Origin: Octopus sinensis
Taxonomy: Eukaryota
DNA: 64,000 nucleotides
NCBI RefSeq assembly: GCF_006345805.1
Contig: NC_042997.1
Coordinates: forward strand, 16,368,001-16,432,000
Reading direction: 5' to 3'
A model generated the notes under the pieces. It was not told where the DNA came from. It searched no databases and saw nothing but the letters and a program-made list of their open reading frames with translations. Below are positions 50,692 to 62,125 of the stretch, in pieces (positions within the stretch are counted from its first letter, which is position 1; the number at the start of each line of letters is the position of its first letter). Both the position numbers and the translations under genes were made by a program.

Positions 50692-51212
50692 GAAATTCCA
50701 ACTTTTGTAGGAAAGCTATTCCGAAAGTTCACCCCACAGTAAAAGTTTTAATAAACCAGATACCTATATAAGGTTGTTTAGCGCCAGATCAGCTCAAAAT
50801 TAGTAGGCCTATGGTAAAGACATCGTGGCCTTGACCGCCTCGTTTTTTCCCCCCAGACACGAGATACCTTGAACTATATTTTTAAATGTCTTCTTCCTTT
50901 TTAAAGACCGTTAGTGTAATTTAAGGAATATTATGATGTTATTTCTTGCAGGTCGAACAACCACGTATATGTTCGTTTTTTCGGTTCGCCAACCATTTGC
51001 CGAGTACGTTTCACTGTTGTAAACAACGGACGCACTGAAAACGTGTATGTTCTGTTGTCATGTTTTGCAAACCAGTACGAAGTTGTACGACTAACAATAT
51101 TTCCTCCTTTGAATCACTATATGAAATATGAAGCCTTCCGCTGTTTTCACGAACTAATAGGTTATTTGCACCGCCGTCACTACTACTACTACTATTACAT
51201 TTTTATAACTAA

Positions 51213-52012
51213 CTAGCAGTATCGCCCGGCGTTGCTCGGGTTTGTAAGGGAAATAACTATATAAGCATTTTTAGAGATGTAAAGTATAATAGCCATCTCA
51301 ATATGGCTAACCACAAAGGGGGGGGGAGTGTTACTGTAGCTTTTTACGTTCTGAGATTTAATAAAACATTTTTAGAGAGTTACTTCCCTTATATATGCCA
51401 AAAATTCATTAAAAATGGGAAAAATTGATGGTAAATTTTTTTTTAAATCGTAGACTCATCGTAGACGCGCGCTAATACCCAGAAGGGCTCGATATGAATC
51501 ACGACTATAAGATACCCGGTTTTGGTTAAACTGCACCGCAAAATGTGGGAGTAGTTAGGAATCTAAATCGTAGGAGACAGACAGCACACAACCTCTCTTT
51601 TATATATAAAGACTAGCAGTATCGCCCGGCGTTGCTCGGGTTTGTAAGGGAAATAACTTTATAAGCATTTTTAGAGAGTTATAGCCAAAAAATAGCAAAA
51701 AAATGCATTAAAAATGGAAAATAAATTATGGTAAATTTTTTTTTAAATCGTTGACTCATCGTAGACATTTTTAAAGAGTTACTTCCCTTATATAATAGCG
51801 AAAAATGCATTAAAATGGAAAAAAATGATGGTAAATATTTTTAAAAATCGTAGACTCATCGTAGACGCGCGCTAATACCCAGAAGGGCTCGATATGAATC
51901 ACGACTATAAGATACCCGGTTTTGGTTAAACTGCACCGCAAAATGTGGGAGTAGTTAGGAATCTAAATCGTAGGAGACAGACAGCACACAACCTCTCTTT
52001 TATATATAAAGA
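51213..52012 (-). mobile_element. Head-to-tail pair of non-autonomous Helitrons (51213-51612 and 51613-52012)
   Basis: CTAG|TC junction; shared termini with different middles. Confidence 0.85.
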
Positions 52013-52163
52013 TATGCTTAACTGCTGCTTTCTTTAAGTCTTAAGTTCAAATCCCACCCTACCTCCCGAGGAGGGTAGTGATAAAATAAATACTGAGGCC
52101 AATTTTATTGATTGTTCCTCCTAAGCTTTAATCTGTGACATTTTTCTTGCGCTTATAAGTAAA

Positions 52164-52959
52164 CTAGCAGCATAGCCCGGCGTTGCCCGGGTATATAAGA
52201 GTCCCTAGTAGGCAACGACTAATCCCAATCTAGTCCTTTCCCTCTAGGGAACGAAGGCGCATGTGTAGGTTGCAATGTCTTCTCTTCACTCGAATACTTC
52301 TGTGTATACGATGTTCCTAGCTGTCCCTTTGGGCGATAAATAGGTCGAGTTGCATCCCCTAGACAGTCTGTGGTTTGTGTTTAATACACAAATCGGTTTG
52401 CTATGTGTGCCACATATGATTTAATTAACCGATTTCTTCCAGTAATAAAGTATCCTATTGGAATAAAAAGGGCCATATAGCTCCTTGGAGCAGACATGAT
52501 GCTCGCTGTGAATTAAAAAAAAAATTCCTGCCAATTTGTAAAAGATATTGTCGAAAATATATCATCTTGAATTTGAACGCGATTTCCCAAAATGACATGA
52601 TTTTATCGATTTTTTATGATGGTAAGGTATTGCATGGAAAACTAACGTTAGAATTAAGTTTCTTAGGGTAACATTAAGCTTCACCATGAGTTTGGTGAAA
52701 ATCGATTGCAAGTTGCGAAAACTACAACAGAAAATGTGTTGCATGTAAAAAGCTTAGATTCTCGACCCCATGTCGAATTTATCGATTTTTTTCAGAACTG
52801 GGGGAACTTTTCAAAATTTTCACTGCGTTAGTTTTGAATTCTGACATTGGGCTATGTGTGTGTCAAGTTTCATCAGAATCGGTTGAAAGCTGTGGTCAGG
52901 GTGAGGGTACAACCTGACAAACACACAGACAGACAAACTGCCGTTTATATATAGAGAGA
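52164..52959 (-). mobile_element. Non-autonomous Helitron
   Basis: Same termini family; 5' part shared with 38488-38862. Confidence 0.8.
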
Positions 52960-52989
52960 TATTGACGCTATCAAAATATATTAGGTAAT

Positions 52990-53516
52990 GGATCTTTCGA
53001 TTTGAACTACCTTTTTCAATTTTATTGAAAATCTCTACACAAATATAGTTTTTCGTGCCAGTTACGAAAATTATAACATTTATTGTGGAAATTTAATAAT
53101 AAAAACCATTAAAGGCAATTATTTTTGCAATTTTAGGATATCAGGTCCAGTCATTCGTTTCATGCTGACTCGATGTTATGGAGTTTCATGTCTTTTGTTT
53201 TCTTTTGCTTTTGTTATAGATGCGCAACGTAAAGGCAATCACAATAAATTATTAAATTTTGGTAATAATAAGGGGTCACTAAATGTTGAAGGAATAAAAT
53301 ATCTAATGAAAGTAAACAGCAAATTAACATTTTCAATGATATTTTGCGACGCTCTGCAAATATTAACCCTAACCCTAATTCTAAATCCTAAACCCTAACC
53401 CTCACTTGGTTACAGTGAGAACATATGAAAACAACATCGTCTGCCAGATGGGATGTTGAGAATGGATAAATCTGAGTGGCTAAAATTACAATAATAATTA
53501 CAACAACAACAACAAC

Positions 53517-53577
<61 letters not shown>

Positions 53578-54306
53578 GCCCTGATGCAGTACCAGGCAGT
53601 GGCTCTCATGGCTTCTGATCTTAACTGATTGGAAGTGTTATCATGTACATTGTTTTGTCTTGGTATAAAAGATGGGCTACAGCAAATATTCTGCTCAGTA
53701 CCACAGATTTGCTTGTCAGTTGTTTGACCTTAACCAGTTGAGCATGTCCCTTAGTGGCTGACGATATGTGCATCTCTGATCACGAGCAGAAGTAGTGGGG
53801 GAGCATCATAGCCATGTGTTGAGAGGGATTCTTTGGGGTTTGAATAATTCACCTCTGGAAACATGGGTGGTTCTTTCAACATCCTTAAACAATCCTTATT
53901 CAGGGACCTTTTGAGCGGGATGGGCTACTCAACCTGAAGAAAATTCTAACTGGGCCCCACCTGCAAGGTCATGTGCTGTTTATCTTGATATGAGATCACC
54001 ATGTCGCGCACATATGGTTGTGATGCATGTGCCTGGTGTACCTTTATCAGACGGGTAGTCATGATGGGTATATTGGGCTTCGTATATTTTACCCCAGTGT
54101 CACTTTGATGGCATGCACTGCTCTCTCACTCAATAATAATAATAATAATAATAATAATCTTTAATATCTGCAATCACTTCCATTTATTAATCAATTTTTC
54201 AAAAGATTGTTGCGATTTTTGTAACTGGTATGAAAACCTACATCCGTATAGAATTTGTAGAAATTTTCAATGAAATTGAAGTGGGTAGTTCAAACCGAAA
54301 AGATTC
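52990..54306. mobile_element. Diverged GGATC-related foldback with CCCTAA core and a nested insertion
   Basis: GGATCTTTCGATTTGAACTACC / GGTAGTTCAAACCGAAAAGATTC ends; CCCTAA repeats at about 53365-53400. Confidence 0.6.
53576..54131. mobile_element. ~555-bp element flanked on both sides by (AAT)n
   Basis: GC-richer non-coding block between (AAT)n tracts at about 53486-53575 and 54132-54158. Confidence 0.55.
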
Positions 54307-55328
54307 GGTGAACTTACTACCCTTACGATTACCAGTATACTTACACAAATGTACCCCTATCGACTTTGTTTCCTCATAACTTTCACAGAAATTAATATTC
54401 TTAATGAAATTTTCTACAAACACCTTTCAGACGTCACATATATATGAAACTTGAAACTTTGAAAAAATTGTGTTGTGTATATATGTGTGCACGCCCACTA
54501 ATTTTTTCCCCGTTAAAATACGATATAATCAGAATCTACACCATCTGAAAGGTATTTGTAGAAAATTCCATTGAACTGAAAGTTACGAAGAAGCGAAGTC
54601 GATGGGCACACTTATGTGGATATGTTCAACTATCTGTTTATTCTTAGAAATGAAGAATGATTTCAAGTGGGGGAATTTCTTTCCTTGTTTGACTCGAATA
54701 ATCGGCTGCAGACAAAGTCCGTTTACACGCCTTGATCAGGACGACATTTGAGAGGCGAGAAGGCGATGGCTTTTGGTTTTCTATTCCAGTGTTGCCAATT
54801 TAGCTCTTTTAGAATTAAATAAAGCTTTATTTTCTTTTATATACATTCAGCTCTAGATGACCGACAGATTTAAAAAATGATTTTTTGTAACTAAACACTT
54901 TCAAACTTCGGACACTGGTAGAATGTGTCATATAAAACATCTTTTACTCTTAGCATTTTTGAGAAAAACTTATATTTACGAAGTTGTTCCACGTTAAAGT
55001 TGTAGAATTTCGGTATTTCAACCAATCAATGACGTGTATTCAGCTGAATAAAATATATACATACCGAACTACTTGGTAAAATTATTAATTATTAATTAAT
55101 TAATTTTACCCTATATTATCATTGATAATATAATTCTCTCCCAGATAGTAGACTGCAGTTTCTGCGGAATTTTACTCGTTGGCATACGTGGGTGAGTGAG
55201 GAGGAATACGAGATTTCATTCGTCTGTTTGAATTCGGAAGTACTGGTCTTTGGATATATGCTATTTGATGTCGCTTGGTCAAATACGTATGTTAATTATC
55301 AGTGCTCTCAAATTTAAAATTTGAAATA

Positions 55329-55409
55329 CTGTACTGATGAAGAGAATGAGTGAGTAGAAATATGATTTTACATTTTTCACATCTCTCTAACTCCGAAACG
55401 CGTATATAG
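55329..55409 (+). ncRNA. Type I hammerhead ribozyme with extended stem II
   Basis: CTGTA-CTGATGA-AGAG...CTCC-GAAAC-GC-GTA-TATAG: stem I CTGTA/TATAG (4 WC pairs plus 1 GU), palindromic ACGCGT, GUA triplet; the first stem II pair is an A-C mismatch in this copy. Confidence 0.7.
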
Positions 55410-55590
55410 TTAATCAGAGCCAGGTGGATTGGTTATTTTTTCTCTTTAGCTGCGTGAGTTGTTGAGTATTGCTGTCTGGGAGATATCTTATGGTAGTAGT
55501 TTAACTGCTATTTCTAAATTTCGGTATGTGGTGAAGCAAATTTTGCTGAACCCTAATTAAAATTATACTCATAATTATAGAATTTATATA

Positions 55591-55660
<70 letters not shown>

Positions 55661-56546
55661 CACAGGGAATTGAACCCGAAACTATGGACTTACAAAGCGT
55701 GCTTCTTAACCACAAAGCCATTTTAATGTTACATTATTGGGTTCAATTTTTCATTGAAAAACTTAATTCCTGTTCTTGAAAAATTCAGTTCCTTTGAACA
55801 CGGTTTTGTCGTATTTTGTATTTTGTAACCGCAAGACATCTCGCATCGAGTCAACTTTATGGTACATACTTAAATGGTTAAACGACTGAGCACAACTCAT
55901 ATATTTCTTCCCAGTTATACCGTGCAAACTTTCAAAGTTTCCACTCGACCTCCGACCCGGCTGTTGTCACAGAAAGTTCAGATGGACAGCAAATGACTTA
56001 ATTAAGTACAAGCCACTTTTATAATGGTATATCCATCCTTCTAGCTAGAATGAGCCGTTATAAATAAGAGTTCTGTAGGCGACACGGACAGTCAGTGATC
56101 GAAATGGTGAGCACTGTTAGCGGAGTAACACACAGACAATATAATATTTGTACTATCTCGTCCCATCGATGTTCTCTTTCCTCCGTTTTTACTTCGCCGA
56201 CTCGAAGTAGTTGGCTACATTATGTAGCGGCATATTTGTTTCCGGTATCCAACACAGTGAATGCAACTGTGACCAAATAAATAATGTAAACTACATTGTT
56301 TTCCATCGATGTCGGTCCAACACGTCTAAGCATCATCTGCTACACCTGACAACGTACATTGATCCCTCAACATCACATTCGCTACATATGTATATAAGTG
56401 TTACAGTGGTTTGTGGCTTCTTAAACGTTCACCAAGTCTTGCTTCACATTATCATTTGACCGAAATGAATAATTACATAGAAAATACTGTTGCTTTCGTT
56501 ATTTAAGTTCCATAGTCAACTCTTATTGAGCAAATCTATGAACTAA

Positions 56547-56929
56547 CTAGCAATATCACCCGGCGTTGCTCGGGTTTGTAAGGGAAATAACTATAAAGCA
56601 TTTTTAGAGAGTTATAGCCAAAAAATAGCAAAAAAAGGGAAAAAAAATTATGGTAAATTTTTTTGAGAGTTAAAAAGGTCGAGTTGCGTCCCCTAGACAG
56701 TCTGTGGTTTGTGTTTCTGATTCTCGACCCCATGTCGAATTTATCGATTTTTTTCAGAACTGGGGGAACTTTTCAAAATTTTCGCTGCGTTAGTTTTGAA
56801 TTATGACATTGGGCTATGTGTGTGTCAAGTTTCATCAGAATCGGTTGAAAGCCGTGGTCAGGGTGAGGGTACAACCTAACAGACACACAGACACGCAGAC
56901 AGACAAACTGCCGTTTATATAGAGAAAGA
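56547..56929 (-). mobile_element. Non-autonomous Helitron
   Basis: Near-identical to 38488-38862. Confidence 0.85.
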
Positions 56930-56978
56930 TGACGTTCTAACTGCAATCAGTCTCTTTTTCAGTTATAGGAATATATTT

Positions 56979-57695
56979 GGATCTTTTCACTTTGACCGGC
57001 AGATTTTTAAAATAATTTCTTTCTAACTAAACACTTTTAAACTTCGTATACTGGTAGAATGTGTTACATAAAACATCTTTTTCTCTTGGCTTTCTTGAGA
57101 AAATCCTGTAGTTTGTAAGCTATTTGTTGTTTAATTTCTTGCATTTCGGCAATTTCAACCAATCAATGACGTCTATTGAGGTGAATACAATATCTGCCGT
57201 ATTTTGTCAACAACATTTTCTGGCGGTGTCATATGAATTTGTCACTGTTATTTATGAGAAAAAAGATACCCTGTAGCCATAAACTGAGGAGTCACTCGTA
57301 AATAGAGCTGGATAACAAAACCGTTCCCTCTTTAGTGTCCACCCATAATTATGACCCTACTATCGATCTATTGCATTTAGGGTGAGAGTTAGGGTTAGGG
57401 GTGGGGGAAGGGTATCTTTTTCTTCACAAATGTAAATAAACCCAATCTGTTTCTTAAAGGAGGGACATATTCATTATGCACGGAATGTTGTTTACCTAAA
57501 TGGACTCCAGTGATTGGTTAAAATTGCCGAAATGCTCGAAATTTCAGACGAAATATCTTACAACCTATAGAATTTTCTCAATAAAGCCAAGAAAAAATGA
57601 TGTTTTATAAACACATTCTACCAGTATACGAAGTTTAAAAGTGTTTAGTTAACTAGAAATTGTGTTGAAAAGTGCTGTTCAAAAGGAAAAGATCC
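56979..57695. mobile_element. GGATC-family foldback (possibly chimeric arms) with GGGTTA repeats
   Basis: GGATC/GATCC termini and inverted arms from different subfamilies; no matching TSD. Confidence 0.75.
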
Positions 57696-59082
57696 TACCA
57701 CCCAGTTAAATTATTTAAAGCCATATTCTCATGTTTTACGTTACTAATATTTTTTCAATTTCCATTTCCTCTCCTATAAAATCTCATGTTTCAAGGTTTT
57801 TAATCTGAAAGATTAAACTTTGTTTATTTTTAAATATATTTTATTTCAAATCAATATTTTATTTAACATAAAACATTTCGAAACAGCAAGAGTCAAATCG
57901 TTTGCATGTACAATTAGGATTATAAAATATGCTGTTGTTACAACGTATAATTAACCACAGTCGCATTTTTTAATGTCAAAGTATCACAACAATGCTTATA
58001 AGGTTCATACGTCTGGCTGAGAGAACATGTGGATTATATTGACTTTTAAATAGACTCTAAGAGAAATGGAAATCCCGATAGCCCAGCTGTTGTTGATGTT
58101 CTTTCATTAACTTGGGTATTAATTCATAAATCATCTTTTCGTATACGAAAATGCAATATATTTAAAGTTTCTGCGTTGAGTAAAAAAAGTAATAGTTTCC
58201 GCTATAAAGAGTCCGTAATGTGGATTCAGTTTACGTTACTTTACTTCCGCTGTAAATGAAAAAGAACTAGCAAAAATAACGTATACAGAGTTATGTAACA
58301 GTTCTCTTACATTTCATTTATAGGATAGGCAAGAGGAGGAAATGAATAAATGCCCCATTTTCCACTAAAATACAGAACATTTGTTCATAATCAAAAAAGA
58401 AACCTGAACAGCATTTTTTTCTCGTCTTATATACATATAATGATGGGCAACAATATGAAAGGAAAACAACTGCCGAACCATTATTACAGTAAACCATGTT
58501 CGTATGTTTTTAGGAAAATGATTCCAAGTAAATTGTTGTAAGTTTAGAAGATATTGTTTAAAGTTTCATGCATGGCACAATATTTACTATTATAGAAAGG
58601 TAGATTGTAGTTTACTGTGTCAAGGTTTGGCAGTTTGCCTTTCAAGTCCACCATTATATATGCATAAAACTTAAGGTTGCTGTCTAAACTAGCTACAGTT
58701 TTGTGACAAGTGTGATGCAATTCTCTGTTGAAGGTATGTTCGCCTTAGCGAAAACGGAGGTATTGTTTTCAGTCGTGTTTGTTCGTTTGTTTGTCCATGG
58801 ACATGATATCTCAAGAATCACTGGATGGATTTGGGTGTAGCTTTCAGGGATGTTTGGCCTCGTAACTGGCACGAACTGTTAGATTTTGGGAGCGATCCAG
58901 TGCCCGACAAGGATTCTGGATTATGTTTCCGGTTTATTTATTTAATTTTTGAGAGAGGTCGGGTTCAGTTTTAGTATTCTCGTTTGTGAGAGCAGTCGAG
59001 TTTATTTCAGATATTCTCATTTTAAAAAATCCTCTTCAGCTAATCGTTGAGAAGAAGTTGGTGTTGCCTTGTCGGAGGTTTG

Positions 59083-60305
59083 GGATCTTTTCGTTTTGAA
59101 CGGCACATGTCAACACAATTTCTAGTTAACTAAACACTTTAAAACTTCGTATACTGGTAGAATGTGCCAAAATAAAACATTTTTTTCCCTTGGCTTTCTT
59201 GATAAAATTGTAATTTGTTTGTTTAACGTAGTTTAATTTTTCGAATTTTAACCAATGAATCGCCTCTAGTGAGCTAAAATCATTTGCTGCGTCTAAAACT
59301 GAGACAACATCCTGTCACTAGCCCTAACCCTCACCCTCACCCTAACCCTAAATTTTTTTTTCTTAATTATTAAATTAATTTAATTGTTCCGTATACTACG
59401 GAAAGCGTGTGTATAAAATTATAGAATTATTTTGTTTGTTAATTGTTTAAATTATTTTCCATTGCTTTCGTTTTAGCCTTTCGTTTTTTTTTCTTAATTG
59501 TTATTCTTAAATTAATTTAACAATTAAGAAAAACAAAACGAAAGGCTAAAATTTAGGGTTAGGGTGAGGGTGAGGGTTAGGGTTAAAGTTAGGGTTAGTG
59601 ACAAGATGATGCTTCAGTTTTAGACGCAGCAAATGATTTTAGCTCAATTAGAGGCAATTGATTGGTTAAAATTCGAAAAATTAAACTACGTTAAACCAGG
59701 CATTTGCCATATCCTGAACGCCTTACTTCCCTGGGCATGGACACATTGAAACTCCGACGTCTGGCAGCTGACTTGGCAGACACCCATAAAATTATCAACC
59801 ATCGCACAAACAATAACTCTGAGCACCTCTTCAAACTCCACCCATCTAACACCCGTGGACATATTTACAAAGTAAGAAAACAGCACAGCTCCCATGACTT
59901 CAGGAAACATTTTTCACGCTGAGAGTTGCTGAAGCGTGGAACAAACTGCCGGCATCGGTTGTTAGTTGTCGGAGCACTGCATCCTTCAAAACTTCCATGC
60001 TTCCTGAGATTCGCCAACACTACACTTGATTTTCTCCCCTCCATACACACACAAGCATGTTCACTTTCCAGACATTTCTACATTACTGCATGTACTTTAT
60101 ATGCACTTTCTGACAAGTTGTGGTGCACCTGAGCACTGTATACAATAATTTCATTATTATTATTATTAAACGAATTACAATTTTATCAAGAAAGCCAAGA
60201 GAAAAAAAATGTTTTATTTTGACACATTCTACCAATATACGAAGTTTAAAAGTGTTTAGTTAACTAGAAATTGTGTTGACATGTGCCGTTCAAAGGAAAA
60301 GATCC
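59083..60305. mobile_element. GGATC-family foldback with inner inverted telomeric repeats
   Basis: Perfect 8-bp TSD GAGGTTTG; CCCTAA/CCCTCA at about 59323-59350 mirrored by TTAGGG/TGAGGG at about 59553-59597. Confidence 0.9.
59697..60165 (+). pseudogene. CR1-group LINE 3' fragment
   Basis: YPERLTSLGMDTLKLRRLAADL...NTRGH...FTLRVAEAWNKLP; (ATT)n tail; TTAAAC duplicated at both flanks. Confidence 0.88.
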
Positions 60306-60652
60306 GAGGTTTGTGCTCTCTGGGTGCTCTTCTTTCATTTAAGCTGATGATTTCTTCGCAATTCTCTGTTGAAGTACGTTCGTTTCATTTAAGCTGATAA
60401 TCTTTTTCGAATGACAATGTGGACATTACAGCAATTTATTTGCACTCCTCTTGAACACACTGGGCATTGTGCATAGGGATTTCAATTAATATTTCGTTTT
60501 ATGAATCAGAAAGTGAAACTACTGAACTCGGTACATCGTCAATTTTTGGAAACTCGGAAGTGATGGAATTGTTCTCTTCGAAACTGAAAGTTTATTTCGG
60601 AAAGCACACACACCCACACACACTCTCTCTCATCTCTCCCTCTCTCTTTCCC

Positions 60653-60691
<39 letters not shown>

Positions 60692-60750
60692 AATAAAATG
60701 AGGGGAATAAAATTAATCTGAACGGTTTCTAGTTAATAATATATATATAT

Positions 60751-60781
<31 letters not shown>

Positions 60782-60791
60782 TTACGTACAT

Positions 60792-60823
<32 letters not shown>

Positions 60824-60864
60824 GCGCGCACATATATATTTATGTACATACATACATACATACA

Positions 60865-60900
<36 letters not shown>

Positions 60901-61070
60901 TGTATGTGTGTGTGTGTGTGTGCGTGCGTAAGCAAAATGGCTTGTTGTAGAATCTCAAGAAGAGATCAGAGTAGTAACTATACTAACAAGTAAAATTAAT
61001 CGCCACATCAAAGTGGCTGTTCCATGATACTATTAGTTTAACCCCAGGCAGGTCTTCTGCTAGCTGGTTA

Positions 61071-61455
61071 TCAGTGCAGCATTGCACTCTGTATATGCAA
61101 TATATATTGCTAGCAGGGGTAGCGAACCCTTACCATCCTCTAGCAGACGACAAGATCACGAGAGTGACGCAGTTTCGAGCTGGTTGGCTCGTCTTCAGTC
61201 GCAAGTACCTGGTCGCCAGAGCCTTTTGCTTGTTGCAAATCAGTGACCGATGGTCGCTTTGTTTACAATATATTGCTGGCTGGAAAGGACCCTGGCTATC
61301 GCTCTGATGACCAGATACTCACGACTGAAGGTGCGCCAACCAGCTCGAAACTGAGTCAGTCTCGCGATTCTGCTGTCTGCTGGAGGGTAGTAGGCGTTCA
61401 CTATCTCTGCTAGCAATATATATTGTATATACAGGGTGCAGCGCCACACCGATAA
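61071..61455. repeat. Imperfect inverted repeat (~150-bp arms) carrying hammerhead-like cores
   Basis: Arms at about 61071-61220 and 61298-61455; motifs at 61166-61198 (-) and 61325-61357 (+). Confidence 0.75.
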
Positions 61456-61461
61456 ACAAGC

Positions 61462-62048
61462 TGGCCGAAACGTTAGCACATCGGGCGAAATGCTTAGCGG
61501 TATTTCGTCTACCGATACGTTGTGAGTTCAAATTCCGCCGAGGTCGACTTTGCCTTTCATCCTTTCGGGGTCGATAAATTAAGTACCAGTTACGCACTGG
61601 GGTCGATGTAATCGACTTAATATCTATGTCTGTCCTTGTTTGTCCCCTCTGTGTTTAGCCCCTTGTGGGTAATAAAGAAATAGGTATTTCGTCTACCGAT
61701 ACGTTCTGAGTTCAAATTCCACCGAGGTTGACTTTGCCTTTCATCTTTTCGGGGTCGATAAATTAAGTACCAGTTACGCACTGAGGTCGATGTAATCGAC
61801 TTAATACCTATGTCTGTCCTTGTTTGTCCCCTCTGTGTTTAGCCCCTTGTGGGTAATAAAGAAATAGGTATTTCGTCTACTGATACGTTCTGAGTTCAAA
61901 TTCCGCCGAGGTCGACTTTGCCTTTCATCCTTTCGGGGTCGATTAAATAAGTACCAGTTACGCACTGGGGTCGATGTAATCGACTTAATCCGTTTGTCTG
62001 TCCTTGTTTGTCCCCTGTGTGTAGCTCCTTGTGGGTAGTAAAGAAATA
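61462..62048 (+). mobile_element. SINE family A trimer (one head plus three bodies)
   Basis: Units 61462-61682, 61683-61866 and 61867-62048 joined at AAAGAAATA|GGTATTTCGTC. Confidence 0.9.
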
Positions 62049-62125
62049 AGAAGACGTACCTGAGGGTAAACTAGTAGTAACAAAGAACAGCCACTTTCAT
62101 GCGGCGATTAACTTTATTTTATAAA

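Larger units (their letters stand above)
58735..60331 (+). mobile_element. Helentron-associated (HINE/DINE-1-like) element, interrupted by a foldback
   Basis: CGCCTTAGCGAAAACGGAGG 5' hairpin, GTTT microsatellite, 3' (G)TCGGAGGTTTG|TGCTCTCTGGGTGC terminus split by the insertion. Confidence 0.55.

Noticed and set aside
61303-61309. Additional CTGATGA upstream of the plus-arm hammerhead-like motif
   Set aside because: It cannot form stem II with the downstream GAAAC, and the opposite arm has CTGGCGA at this position.
61462-62048. CRISPR-like or satellite array
   Set aside because: Units are 182-184-nt SINE bodies without unique spacers, and the DNA is eukaryotic.
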